Part shown: in pieces, positions 1-14,880 of the stretch | Position numbering within the stretch: the first letter of the stretch is position 1 | Layout of the letters: each line of letters begins with the position of its first letter | Source: Heterodontus francisci | Taxonomy: Eukaryota | DNA: 64,000 nucleotides | Assembly: GCF_036365525.1 (NCBI RefSeq) | Contig: NC_090380.1 | Span: 79,485,784-79,549,783 of the forward strand | Direction: 5' to 3' | Translations under genes and position numbers: made by a program | Notes under the pieces: model-generated | Told to the model about the DNA's origin: nothing | Databases searched by the model: none | The model's input: the letters and a program-made list of their open reading frames with translations, nothing else

Positions 1-1340
1 AGAATGGCGGCGAAGGCATGGAGAGATCTACATGGAGGAGTAGGGGAGGGTCCCTCAGGAAGGGAAGGATGGGGTGATTGGGCCTGTAGATTACTACTTT
101 TGAGATCCTGCTTGCTAATTTCTTACCTAGCTTCCTAAGCTCTGACCGCAGGGCCACATCCCTCTTCCTACCTATGTTGTTGGAACCAATGTGGACCAAG
201 ACTGCTGGCTGTTCACCCTGCCCCCTCAGAGTGCTCTGCAGCCATTCAGTGACATCCTTGGCCCAGGATGGGGAGGCAACGCACCATCCTGGACTCACGT
301 CTGTGGCCACAGAAACGCCTGTCCATCCCCTAAATATCAAATCTCCTATATTGTTCTTCCAGTATTCCTTGTGCCCCACTGTGCAGCTGAGCCAGCCATG
401 GTGTCGTGGCCCATGGCCTTGGCTCTAGCTGCATTTCCCAGATGAAGCATCACTTCCCTCAATATTCAGAACTGAATACCAGTTGGAGAGTGAGATGCAT
501 TCACGGGACTCCTGCAGTACCTCCCTGTTTCCTCTTGGCTGCATGGCGGTCACCCATTCTCTCTTTCCCTGCATAATCTTAAGCTGCGGGGTGACCACAT
601 CTATAAAAATGCTATCCATGAAGCTCTCAACATCACGGATACACTGCAGAGGCGCCAGTCATTGCTCAAGTTCCAAAACCCGGATTTCGAGCTGCTGCAA
701 CTGATGACACTTCCTGCGCATATGGTTATCCAGAACATGGGAAGCAGCCTGGAGTTCCCAGATAGTAGAAGATGTGCACTCCTGAGGTCAGAGCAGCCCT
801 GCCATTCCTCGATCTACTAGATAATAAGCCTCGCTACTACTAATTTATACCTGAGAGGAGAAAGGAGAGGGAAAAAGTGAAAAAAAGATAAAATACTCAC
901 CAAACAATCTGCTTCCCAGTGACATCACACTTGATGGAACGCTGTTGGTCAGTCTGAACGTGCACACTATCTGCCCACTCTTTGCTAGTCCGCCGCTCTG
1001 GCTCTGCTCCCTCACCGGCCTGCTCTTTTCTAATTCACTGCTCTAGCTGTAAATTTTTTGCAATAGTTATATCTCCTAATACCAGTTAAACAACTGCCCC
1101 TATTTAGAGAGAGAAAAAACATTAAAACTCACCAACCACTCGCCTGACTGCTTCTGGGCTTCAGCTGTCACGTCTCGCTGCTGGTCTTTTGCTCCCTTTC
1201 TCAGACCACTCCTTTTTTTGTAAAAGGTCAGAGCAGCATGTCCTCCGTCATTGCACTGAATTTCCACACTTAAATTTCCAAGCTCATACTCTGTCTCGAG
1301 CTGCACTCCGTTATGAGCTGCCACCTTTGTGCCTGATTAC
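1..1340 (-). mobile_element. CR1 LINE 5' portion (5'UTR plus decayed ORF1 with SGNH esterase domain)
   Basis: Minus-strand frames give MDSIFIDVVTPQLK..REWVT..CISLSNWYSVL and decayed SGNH blocks (V-L-V-H-I-G-S-N-N-I-G), homologous to the ORF1 at 29019-29700. Confidence 0.7.
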
Positions 1341-1419
1341 TGATGCAACAGTTATTAATCCACTTTAAAAAAAAGCGTTAATGACTGTGTTTAAATAGTG
1401 CACAGGATTTCTATATAAG

Positions 1420-1830
1420 AAAGAGCTTGCATTTATGTAATGCCTTTCACATTCTCAGAATTGCTTCATGGCCAATGAATGAATGACTTTTAAATTCGCT
1501 GTTCTCATACAGGCAAATGCAGCAGCCAGTTTTCCTACAGCAAGTTCCCACACACAGGAATAGGATAAAGGACCAAATAATCCAGTTCTGCTGGTATTGC
1601 TGAGGGATAAATATTGGCTAGGACACTGGGAGAGCTCCCTTCACATCCTTAAATAGTACCATGGGATCATTTGCATCCACCTGATCAGGCTGACGAGCCT
1701 TGTATTAACATCTCATTTGAAAGATGGCACCTGCAGCGGTGCAACAGTTCATCAATACTGCACTAAAGTGACAGCCTAGGTTATGTGCCCAAATCCTGGA
1801 GTGGGTATTGAACCCATGACCTTCTGACTG
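1420..1830 (-). mobile_element. SacSINE1-like (Deu-domain) tRNA SINE
   Basis: Reverse complement matches the 11000-11426 copy (agtcagaaggtcatgggttcaa...ggtgccatctttcaaatgagatg) and has an L2-type tail. Confidence 0.75.
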
Positions 1831-1921
1831 CACACAGAGGAATTTCAATCATTTGATGTACAACTTCCTGTTAATAGTCTTGTGTATTTCATGATTATTT
1901 GGACCACTTAATAACTGACCA

Positions 1922-2674
1922 AATGGATGCTGGAAATCTGAAACACTAACTGAAAATGCCGGAAATACTCAGCAGATCAGGCAGCATCTGTGGTGGGAAA
2001 AGCAGAATTAACGGGTGGAATTTTGTGCTGGCAGCGGGGGTCTCGACTTGGTGGGAAACCTATACTGAGATCCTCACGTTGGCTCTTGTACGGAAGGCCC
2101 ACCGAATTTAATGCCAATCAGGCACTTAACTGAACAGCGGCAGGCCTTCTGTGCGATTTAGTACCCTGCCATCGGAAGTCACGGCCATGCAGAGCTGCTG
2201 GCCAATCAGAGGCCACCAAGGAGCGGCGCTGGAACCAGCCTCAAGGTACGTCAAGGAGGGAGGGGCTCGTGGGATGGGGGGACGGGGGGTCGGCAGAAAG
2301 GGCAGGGGTTGGCCCTCAGCGGACCCCCCCCCCCTTCCCGATGCCAGGTCCCTCATTCAGCCTTTGAACGAGGGACCCCCCACCCCCACCTGCAGCTGGG
2401 AAGCAGCCCACATGGTTTACTCGTGCTGTGCTTCCTGTGCGACGACAGGATCTCCTGTCACATGGCTAATTATGGCTCCAGCGGGAAGAGGCCCTTAATT
2501 AGAGGTTAATTACCCAGTTAAGGCTCTCAATTGGTGGTGTGTGGGAAGGCCGTTCACGGGCCTTCCCGCCCCAGAGTAAATTTCGGTGGAGGCATAAAAT
2601 TCCACCCAGTGTTACAAGTCGATGTCCTTTCATCAGAACTACCTGACCTGAGAATTTCTAGCATTTTCTATTTG
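1922..2674 (-). mobile_element. Penelope-type mini-element split by a MITE
   Basis: aaaatgccggaaatactcagcag...[MITE]...cctttcatcagaac. Flanked by the direct repeat ATAACTGACCA (1911-1921 / 2675-2685). Confidence 0.7.
2013..2607. mobile_element. GC-rich MITE (non-autonomous TIR DNA transposon, Harbinger-like)
   Basis: Perfect 12-bp TIR GGGTGGAATTTT...AAAATTCCACCC. Internal motifs are shared with the copies at 49995, 53841 and 59351. Confidence 0.75.
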
Positions 2675-2964
2675 ATAACTGACCAGTTGGGTATTTGATT
2701 CTCAAACAAACCAGTATGGATTCTAATCCCAAAGTTTCCTATTACTTGAATACAATTGTCTAAATTGAATGAATTTGAGCAATTATTAATTTACCTATCA
2801 AATAGAAGAGTGCACAAGCACAATATTTCAGATGTACATCAGTTCCTAGTGTACATGGGCTTAGAACGCAAAACTGTTCCTGATTTGGCACCAATCAGCA
2901 ATCCGAGAGGACATAGGTTGGCTGATGTGGGAAATGAACAAAATGGCAGCTTGTGGTAGTAGCT

Positions 2965-3510
2965 TTTTAAAAATGTATTTGTTCTTGGGATGTGAGCATC
3001 GCTGGCAAGGCCAGAATTTATTGCCCATCTCCACTAGCCCTTGAGAAGGTGGTGGTGAGCCGCCTTCTTGAACCACAGCAGTCCATGTGGGGTAGGTACA
3101 CCCACAGTGCTGTTAAGGAGGGAGACTCGGCAACAGTGACGGAACAGCAATATAGTTCCAAGTCATGATGGTGTGTGACTAGGAGAAGAACATTCAGGCG
3201 GTGGTGTTCCCATGCATCTGCTGCCCTTGTTCTTCTAAATGATAGAGGTCGTAGGTTTGGTATGTGCTGTGAGTTGCTGTAGTGTATCTTGTATATGGAA
3301 CACACTGCTACCACTGTGTACCTATGACGGTGGGCGTGAAGCTTCTTGAGTATTATTGGAGCTGCACTCATCCAGGCAAGTGGAGAAAATTCCATTGCAC
3401 TCCTGAGTAAATAGTGGATAAATTTTGGAGAGTCAGGAGATGAGTTACTTGTCACATACTTGTCACAAGTCTTTGGCTTTGTCTTGTAGCCACAGTATTT
3501 ATATGACTGG
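2965..3510 (-). mobile_element. 3' fragment of LINE family B (CR1/L2-group, tRNA-headed family)
   Basis: Homologous to 47400-47990, with the characteristic tail gatgggcaataaat..ggccttgccagcga. Confidence 0.75.
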
Positions 3511-3853
3511 CACTTTCAGCAGGTCTGTCATAGCAGAAAAATAATGCTGCAGACTAACAAAAAAAATAGATGAAATGAAAGAAAAACAAATGATCAATAC
3601 CCCCTTGGGGAAGTGCAAGAGAAAAACGAAGGTTGCTGGGAAGCAGAAATCTTAGTGGTGAAAAATAACACCAACTTCAAGTTAGATACAGGAGTAGCAG
3701 TTTCTGTCCTATCTGTTAAAACACCATGGCTGAGGAAGGAAAGGCTTAGGAAAACTTACAAGAAATCACATGAGCCAGGAGGAATTCAGATAAGGGTTGC
3801 AGGAGAAACACACAGAAATAACACCATTCCAGAAACTCTGTATGGTTATATAG

Positions 3854-5675
<1,822 letters not shown>

Positions 5676-6309
5676 GTCAATCCAAACAGAGAATCATGAT
5701 GGACGCTATAGAGCAAAAAATCAAACAGACCTATGACCTGAAGATTTGGTTTGGATCAAAGATCAGGCGCGATGTGGGGAAGTGATGGGGAAATCTCCAT
5801 ATCCTCGATCCTACATAGTCCAGACAGACCAGGGATGGATAAGAAAAAATAGAAGGTCATTGGTACTGACATCACAGAAAAAAAACAAATGGGAAAAATT
5901 CAAGAGAATCGGCTATCAAGAGAGCTGATGAACCGGTGATACAATGAACAACAGATCACCCAGATGACAGCAAAAACAGAGAACCTGAGTCACACAGGAA
6001 TGTGAGGAATAAGAACCAAAAGATCCAATACCCCAAACAAGTGAAAGAACACCACGCAATGGCAGAGTCGTGAGAACCCCACAACGTTACAAACCTGATG
6101 AATGATGTCAGAGACCTGGAGGGAGATCGCACAATGTAGATGGGGTAGATGTAGCTGGGTAGATTATGTACATAGACCTTAAGCATCATCATAGGATGTG
6201 ATATCATGAGTCTGAACCAGTGTTAATGTAGATGCCTTAGAGACAAGACCCCTGTATAAAATAAATCCTGTTGCTTTGACCCAAAGTCTACTATTCTCAT
6301 TTAATATTA

Positions 6310-7437
6310 ACAGCATACTGACCAGTATAGTATAGTTGCCACCTCATTTTTAGGTTGGCTTGGTGCCTCTCCTGGCATAGTCTCCTAGACACCTCATTGA
6401 ACCATGTTTGGTCCCCTGGCTTGATGATAATGGTAGAGTGGGGGTTATGCCGGGCCATGAGATTACAGATTATGGTTGAATACAATTATGCTGCTGCTGA
6501 TGGCCCATAGCACCTCACGGATGGCCAGTTTTGAGCTGCTAGATCTGTTCTGAGTCTGTCCCATTTAGCATGCTGGTCGTGCCTTACAACATGATGGAGG
6601 GTGTCCTCAGTGTAATGACGGGACTTCATCTCCACAGGACTATGCGGTGGTCATTCCTAACAATACTGTCATGGACAGGTGCATCTGCAACAGGTAGATT
6701 TTTGAGGATAAGGCCAAGTAACTTTATACTTCTTGTTAGTTCTCTCACCACTTGCCATAGGCCCAATCCGGTAGATATGTCCTTCAAGACTCAACGAGTG
6801 GTGCTACCACTCTTGATGACGGACATTGAATCCCCCACCCAGAGTACATTCTGTGCCCTTGCTACCCTCAGTGCTTCTATCATGTGGTGTTCAACATGGA
6901 GGAGTACTGTTTCATCAGCTGAGGGTGGGCAGTAGGTGGTAATCAGGAGAAAGTTTCCTTGCCCATGTTTGACCTGATGCCATGAGACTTCATGGGCACT
7001 GGAATCAATGTTGAAGACTCCCAGAGCCACTCCCCATGCCCCGGCTGTGTACCACTATGCCGCCACCCCTGATGGGCCTGGCCTGCTGGTGGGACAGGAC
7101 CAGGAATGGTGATGGAAGAGTCTGGGACATTGGCTGTAAGGTATGATTCCATGAGTATGACTATGTCAGGCTGTTGCTTGACTAGTCTGTGGGACAGCTC
7201 TCCCAACTTTGGCACAAGTCCCCAGATGTTAGTGAGGATCATGCAAAGTCTGCTGGGCAGAGTCTACCTTTGTCGTTTCTGGTGCCGAGATTGATGACAG
7301 GAAGTCTGTCCAGTTTTATTCATAATTGACTTTTCTGTAGTGCTTTGATGCAACTGAGTGGTTTGCTAGGCCATTTCAGAGGGCAGTTAAGAGTCAACCA
7401 CATTGCTGTGGGTCTGGAGTCACCTGTAGACCAGATT
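6310..7437 (-). mobile_element. LINE family B, 5'UTR plus APE endonuclease region
   Basis: LTNIWGLVPKLGELSHRLVKQQPDIVILMESYL, YCPPS and WVGD(F)N-type endonuclease motifs. Homologous to 45430-46100. Confidence 0.8.
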
Positions 7438-7439
7438 GG

Positions 7440-8290
7440 GTTTTCCACATGCCTTTTGAATGTTTCTATGAAATCTGATTCCACCACCCTTTTAGGTAGT
7501 GCATTCCAGATCTTAACAACCCTCTTCATGAAAAATACTTCTCCTCATTTCCTTTCTAGTTCTTTTGCCCATTATTTTAAATCTATAACAATTGGTTTCT
7601 GACCCACTTGCCAAAGGAAACAGTTTCTCCCGACTTGCTCTATCAAAACCCCTCATAATTTTGAATACTGTCTCTTTGCCCTCCTTATATAATTTTTTAA
7701 TTTCCCCCTGGACTCTGTACTCTGTCTAAGTTTTGGTTGTACTCTATATCTGACATATGTCATAAGCTGCGTTTTACTGTTTTATTTTAACCTCTATTTC
7801 CCTCGTCATCCAGGGAACTCTAGATTTAGATGCCCTGTCTTTCCTCCTTATGTGAATATGCTTGGTTTGTACCCAAACTATCTCCACTTTGAAGACCTGC
7901 AATTGCTCATTTACTGTTTTACTGTTTTTTGCTTCCAGTCCAGCTGTACTAGATCCCTTTCAAGTCACTGAAATTGTCTCTCTTCCAGTTGGGTATTTTC
8001 ACCTTAGATTTTTCTTATCCCTTTCCATTAGTACTTTAAACCTAATTATATAATGATCACTATTATCCAGTTTTTCTCCCACTGAAATCCATTGCACTTG
8101 CCCTACTTCACTCCTGAGAACAGATTTCACATTGCTTCCTTCTTCATTTGGCTAGAAAATTCCAGAATAAGAAAGTTCTCTTGTACCGATTTTAGGAATT
8201 CTTCATCCTCCTTGCCCTTTTCATTGCTTTCCCCCCTCAGTTTATATTATGGTAAATGAAGTCTACTAATTGTAGATTGGTAAATTTAAG
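7440..8290 (-). mobile_element. Decayed CR1 fragments
   Basis: RVVKIWNALPKRVVES 3'-end motif followed by eroded endonuclease-region sequence. Confidence 0.55.
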
Positions 8291-9455
8291 AGCTTGTAAT
8301 TACTTAAAGAGTGAGTCACTGTCACAGCTCCTTTTAAATATGTAATTTCTAAAAATTATGATTATCATTAATATTTTGTTTTGTCCTGTGAATTATTCCA
8401 GCATTTATGACTATATAATAATTTACTTCCCTCACATTTAACTCTCAATATTTCCATACTACATACTGCTGAGGATGTCATCAACATTCACTGTCTATGC
8501 AACAATATCTTAAAACTATGAACAGAAATTAACAGAACTGAAAGGGCGTTAATGTTAATCATATTTCACTGTATTGGATTTTTAAAAAGGGATTTTGATG
8601 GTAACATTTAAGTTTACTAGGTGCACGAGACAGAATATTTCCTTTATTATTTACAATTAAATGCTGAAGAATATTTGGCCCTGACAATGTGATGCTGAAT
8701 CATTGTTTTAAAGTTTTCATGAACCGAAAACGTAAGCAAATGGACAACTTCTCATAGAGAATAAGGGTAAACAGAACTTCCGGGTCATACAGACGCATTA
8801 ATGTGCACCTGCACCCTGGTGTCATTAACACAGACGCAGTGTCTGCTTGGTTTTCATAAATGGTTTTACCCTTCCAAATTATCATTTAAGAAGAATTTGT
8901 ATTGAAGTATTAGCAGGTACGTTTGACAGAAAAATTGTAGAGTATTCTGTTCACTGTAGTGAAACGGTTTTAAAATGGCACCTACTTGGGTGTTGTAAAA
9001 TGGTTTTGAAATAGAAAGCAATAATGTACAATTGTAATGTTTTTATAAAAGCTCTTTTCCAATGCTTATTGCTATACTTTAAAAATATGAAAGATGTGTC
9101 ATATGGTGCGCAAACAAGATAAAATGCATATTGCAGACAAAATAATGTAATTTAACAGGAATTTACGATACTCAGTTAACAGGAAACAATACAGTGGGCG
9201 TTGACAGAAAATGGTTTAGGTTTTTTAATTTCCACGGAACTCAAAAAAAATTCATTTGTCGTCTGTTGATTTCAAAAGTACTCATGAATAAGATGCAAGT
9301 CGGTATATTCCATCACAATTTGAGCACTGGTTTGTAATTAGTTAGAAGTATTTCTTAGTTGATAATTGAAAGATTTTGTGGCCTAATTAAAGCTAACTTA
9401 ACAGCTGGTACATAAAAGGAGCCTGTGAGAGGTATCATTCAGTCATTTCAGGTAA

Positions 9456-10420
9456 GTGGTATATATTAATGATTTGGACTTAAATGTGGGAGGCATGATT
9501 GGGAAATTTGCAGATGACACAAAAATTGATTGTGTAGTTGATTGTGAAGAGGATAGCAGTAGACTCCAGAATGATATCAAAGGTTTGGTTGAGTGGGCGA
9601 AAAAGTGGCAAATGCAATTCAATTCGGAGAATTGTGAGGTAATGCATCTGAGGAGGGCAAAGAAAGCGAGGGAAGACACAATAAATGGGAGGATATTGAG
9701 AGGGGTAGAAGACGTGAGAGACCTTGGAGTGCATGTTCACATCTCCCTGAAGGTGTCAGGACAGGTAGATCAAAGAAGACATATGGAATGCTTTCTTTTA
9801 TTGATGGAGGTGTAGAATACAAAAGCAGAGCTGCAATGCTGGAACTGTATATAACGCTGGTTAGGCCACAGTTGGAGTATTGTGTACAGTTCTGGTCACC
9901 ACATTACAGAAAGGACATAATTGCTCTGGAGAGAGTACAGAGGAGATTTACAAGAATGTTGCCAGGGCTTGAAGGTTGCAGCTATGAGGAAAGATTGGAT
10001 CGGCTAGGATTGTTTTCCTTAGAACAGAGGGGGCTGAGAGGAGATTTAATTGGGGTGTACAAAATTATGAGGGGCCTAGATAGTGTAGACAGGAAGGATC
10101 TGTTTCCCCTAGTGGAGAGGTCAATTATCAAGGGACACAGATTTAAGGTGATTAGTAGAAGGATTAGAAGGGACATGAGGAAAATAATTTTTACCCAGAG
10201 GGTGGCAGGTGTCTGGAATTCACTGCCCGGATCGATGGTGGAGGCAGAAACCCTTAACTGTTTTAAAAGGTACCTGGACCTGCACCTGAAGTACTGTACC
10301 TGCAAGGCTACGGACCAGGGGCTGGAAGGTGGGAATAGATTGGGTGGCTAGTTTTTTCAGCCGGCGCAGACACGATGGGCTGAATAGCCTTCTTCTGTGC
10401 CGTAACTTTTCTATGGGTCT
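9456..10420 (+). mobile_element. 5'-truncated CR1 LINE (RT C-terminus plus 3'UTR)
   Basis: [55 protein letters not shown]; tail ttctgtgccgtaacttttctatg. Confidence 0.9.
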
Positions 10421-10999
10421 AGGTGAGAATTTTATTTATTGTTAACCAACAAACATTTGTTTTAGCACATAGTGACATCAAAATTTGAAAATTACTGAAT
10501 GCTTGTCCCAATGATGTGGGATAGATGTATATGTTGAATGTGTCTTATATTATACTTTATCTGCTGAAATTTTATTATCAGAAATAGTCTATCCTTAGAA
10601 AAGAACTCAGCTACAGATACAACTATAAATACCTGAATTTAATTTATTCATCTCCAAAAAAATTGACAGAAGTTAGAAGTAGCATGTTAATAACAGCTCT
10701 GGGTTACTGGACTCTAAAACGTAAGACCAGAGTTGAAAGCCCAGTTCTGGCTTTGTTTAAGTTGCTTCAGTGGATGAGTTTAAGATGTAAATGGGTTTCA
10801 TAAGCCCTCGACTAAATCACTGGGGAGATAGAAATGGAAACATACCAGGACGATTCCGGCCCAGTAGAAGCATATTCTATTCATATCCGTGGTCTGTGCT
10901 CACAAAACTGCTCCATCCACTCTGAATGGGGAGAGATGGACAACGTCAGCTTTTTTAACTCCAATGAAGTGGAACTTCCAAAAGTCACTAAGCTGTCTC

Positions 11000-11426
11000 A
11001 GCGGTGGCTCAGATGTTGACAATTTTGCTTCTGAGTCAGAAGGTTGTGGATTCAAGTCCCACTCCAGGATCTGAACACACAAATCAAAGCTGACATTCCA
11101 GTACTAAGGGAGTGCTGTACTGTTGGAGGTGCCATCTTTTGGATGAGACATTAAAGTGGGGCCCCATCTACCCTCTCGGGCAGATGTAAAAGATTTTATG
11201 CCTCTGTTTTGAAGAAGAGCAGGGAATTATCCCCAGTGTCCCGACCATTATTTATCTCTCAACCAACATCACAAAAACAGATTACCTGGTTATTATCACA
11301 TTGCTGTTGTAGGACCTTTCTATGTGCAAATTGATTGCCGCATTTCCTACATTACAACAGTGACTACGTGCTTTGGGACATCCTTTGGTTGCAAAAGACG
11401 CTATATAAATGCAAGTCTTTCTTTCT
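11000..11426 (+). mobile_element. SacSINE1-like (Deu-domain) tRNA SINE
   Basis: A box tggctcag, B box ggattcaagtccc, central gtgctgtactgttggaggtgccatcttt, and L2-like tail cgctatataaatgcaagtcttt. Confidence 0.8.
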
Positions 11427-11458
11427 ATGCCAAGAAATCCAACTAAGACATGACGGAA

Positions 11459-11695
11459 AAAAAGCAAAATACTGCAGGAAATCTGAAATAAAAACAAAAA
11501 ATGCCGGAAACACTTAGCAGGTCTCACAGCATCTATGCAGAGAGAAAGACTTAACATTTCAGGTCTGTGACCTTACATTAGATCTGTTCTATTCCGATGA
11601 AAGGTTACAGACCTGAAACGTTAACTCTGTTTCTCTCTCTGCAGATGCTGCCAGTTCAGCTGTGTGTTTTCAGCATTTTTCTGTTTTTATAAAAG
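11459..11695. mobile_element. Penelope-type mini-element, palindromic (two inverted arms)
   Basis: Arm ~11485-11580 is the approximate reverse complement of ~11592-11690. Hammerhead-like core at 11594-11627. Flanking ATGAC/TGGAA repeat (11450-11458 / 11696-11704). Confidence 0.75.
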
Positions 11696-13744
11696 ATGAT
11701 GGAATTTAGCTCCGCATAGGCAAGTGAATTAGGTATTTAGACTTGGGCCTACAACGCATTTGTTCAAACTACAGTCTACATTTAACCAGTTGAGGAATTC
11801 AGAATTTTCGCACAAATCTTTTCTTTAAACATAGGGGAGCAGACCCCGGCCATGGTGAAAAGCATACCATGTAAACCTAAAATAGACAAATATCAAAACC
11901 TCAAAATTCTGTGTGCTGGCGGAATTCTAGTGGAATTGCGGTGAGGGGTTTTAATTTATCTCCCCTGATTTTTCACTTTATTAAACTATTTCACTGGGGG
12001 TAGGATAGAGGTTGGCAGGAGCTGCTTCTGTCCACTTCACTCAACGTCAATCTGAGAGGAGGTGTCAGTCCCATTCTGGGCACAGTGAAGGCCCTGAGAG
12101 TACAAAGTCCAGTGGTAATCGATCACCGTGTTGCTGAATGGCCCTGCCATTCAAAAGAATAAATTTCAAAAGGTTTTGCTTTTCCTGCAGATCCGAGCCT
12201 CTGCTTCATCCTCTTAGAGCAACAAGGAACCATTTTGAGTTCCTCCAGCTGCACCTCTACCAGCGCAGATACCCGCCCCTATTGTTTAAATGATCCAGTT
12301 CTTGGAATTTGGGTGGGGGCATTGCGGGAGCAGAATTTCTGTCCCACTACACTTCTGGCAGTGTAGGTTTGCTGTGGGTTTTCTGTGCTCCAGTCTCTAG
12401 AAATTACTTTAACTGGGCTGACGTGAGAAACAAAGGACAGTGTCGCATCTGGATGACTGTGGTTCAATTTGTGAAGTTGAAATCATTTTGACCTTCTTGC
12501 CACTGTAGCAGTGTTTCATGTATTCCTGACAAGGGTCCAACATGAAGTTCTTCTTTACCCTTAGAATGGTACAGAAACACTTGATACCATACGGTAGTCA
12601 CATTTTCTGTGGACTACTTGGAATGTTGTTGATGGTGCTGAAGTAAAATTGTTGCCACTGCAACACAGTTCCAAAAATAAGAATTAATCTGCCACAATAT
12701 TTTTTTCCAGATTGTATGCCTAGGTTCAAGTTTCCTTTGACAGACTACAAATATATATTTTAACACACCAATTAGAAAAGAACAATATCTTGCTCCTTAG
12801 TTTCTGATTATTTTAATGGGATCCTTTTATTTTGTGTAAATGTTGGGTGTGCTGTTGTTTTTAAGAATCTGAGTTTTTCTTTTCATCGTTCTACAGTGCC
12901 TCAATGCATCTTGTAGCTGTGTATGTAAACTGGGTTGTTTCCTCTGTAGAAAATACCCTATTAACAGATTTCAAACAATAAAATACAGGACAAATTCATA
13001 TATGCTAATTTGACATCAGCAGCTTTCTGATATAAGCACATTGTATTTGGTTCCAACTCATTCTTAACTACAATCAAAACAATTTGAAGAGATTTCAGTA
13101 AATTCTTGTTATGCACGCAGATTATCTGACATATTGCTTGCTGTAGGATTCAATTATAAACAACATGACTCCAACTAAGAACCAAATTTATAACTCAATA
13201 TGAATTATGTCCATTTTAAAGCTTGGCCACCTCCACACCATTCTTGAGGGTCAAGGTATCTGCACTGCTGAAAAAAACAGATGTGTGGAATGTTTGCTCT
13301 GCAAACTAGGTAGATGCTTCAGACTGTCAACCAGCTCTGCACTTGGATGGTAGATGAAACTATGATAAGGTGCAAAGCACCATTACTACACAGGAAATCC
13401 ACAAGCTTAGAGGTAGTTCCACTCATATAAACTCACCGCAATTAAGATGCTTTTGAAAGTTCTTTTAAACCACACTGAAAACATACTGCAAACAGCGAGA
13501 AATGCGTTATGCCACACGGAAGTTCACACAGTTTCAAAGCATCTTCACAATAAGTTTTATTATAATTCAGATGGGATCAGTGGTTATAGATATTGGAACT
13601 AGAATGTAAGGTGGAAGGGTGATATATTGAATCAGTTAAGCCATATGTGGATTGAAGAAAGGTATGACTGAAAATTAGCATTTTGTAAACAAAACTAATA
13701 TTTTGTTAAAAGCACATTTTTCAGGGGGAAAAAAGGTTAAACTC

Positions 13745-14040
13745 AGCTCAGGGGACATAGTTACAGAATAAGGGGACACTTATTTAAAACTGAGATGTGA
13801 AGGAATTTCTTCTTTGAGGGTAGTGAATGTCTGGAATTCTCTACCCCAGAGAGTTGTGGAGGCTATATCACTGAAAGTATTTAAAGAGGAGGTAGATAGA
13901 GTTTTGAAATATCGGGGAGTTGAGTGCTATGAGGAGCTGGCACGAAAGAGGAGTTGAGGTCTGGGGCAGATCAGCCATGATCTTATTGAATGGCGGGGCA
14001 GGCTTGAGGGGCCGAATGGCCTGCTCCTGCTCCTATTTCT
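13745..14040 (+). mobile_element. CR1 3' end
   Basis: Encodes RVVNVWNSLPQRVVEA, followed by the 3'UTR gatcagccatgatcttattgaatggcgg..ggccgaatggcctgctcctgctcc. Confidence 0.85.
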
Positions 14041-14044
14041 TATT

Positions 14045-14398
14045 TTTTATTTTATTTAGAGATACAGCACTGAAACAGGCCCTTCGGCCCGCCGAGTCTG
14101 TGCCAACTATCAACCACCCATTTTATACTAATCCTACGCTAATTCCATATTCCTACCACATCCCCACCTGTCCCTATGTTTCCCTACCACCTACTAATAC
14201 TAGGGGCAATTTATAATTGCCAAGTTACCTATCAACCTGCAAGTCTTTGGCATGTGGGAGGAAACCGGAGCACCCAGAGAAAACCCACGCAGACACAGGG
14301 AGAACTTGCAAACTCCACACAGGCAGTACCCAGAATTGAACCCGGGTCGCTGCAGCTGTGAGGCTGCGGTGCTAACCACTGCACCACTGTGCCGCCCC
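14045..14398 (-). mobile_element. HE1-type V-SINE
   Basis: Reverse complement gggcggcacagtggtgcagtggttagcacc (A box), gggttcaattc (B box), V-domain gtgtctgcgtgggtttctctgggtgctccggtttcctcccaca, and CR1-type tail gtgctgtatctctaaa. Very similar to 58008-58342. Confidence 0.85.
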
Positions 14399-14399
14399 A

Positions 14400-14880
14400 T
14401 CTAATTAAGAAATTGGGCTTAGAGAAGAAAGGAATGTTGACAATGGGCTGGTAGTTGATGAGGTAGCTGGCTAAGAGAATGGTTGATGACAGCAATTTTC
14501 AAATGACCAGGAACAGCGCCTGAGTAAAGATGAACAATTAACTATGCCACTAGCATGGGGGCCAGGAAGGGTAACTGAAACATCACAAACTGAGTGGAGA
14601 GGGGAATCAAGTTATCAGGAAATGTGTCTCTTGGAAGAGATGAGCTTAGAGAAGGAGGCAAGGTGGATGGAGGACAGGAGCTAGTGGCTAGAAGATTGGG
14701 AAGATAGCGAGGGATGGTCAAGGTGAGAGAATCAGCTACACAGATGGTCTCATTTTCAGAAATACAGACATCCATAAGCACTTTAGTCTTGGCTTTCGAG
14801 TTGAGGGTGAAGTGAGCAGGGTGAGGGATTTGAGGGAAGTGTTTAGTCCTCAGGTTCCTAGGAGGAAGATGCAGCAGAAG
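14400..14880 (-). mobile_element. Old L2 LINE fragment
   Basis: NYQPIVNIPFFSK, a decayed form of NYRPISNLPFLSK; purine-rich plus strand. Confidence 0.5.

Noticed and set aside
11915-12345. Additional MITE (ggcggaattct...agaatttctgtcc)
   Set aside because: Termini only loosely inverted and no TSD; not enough support to list as a feature.
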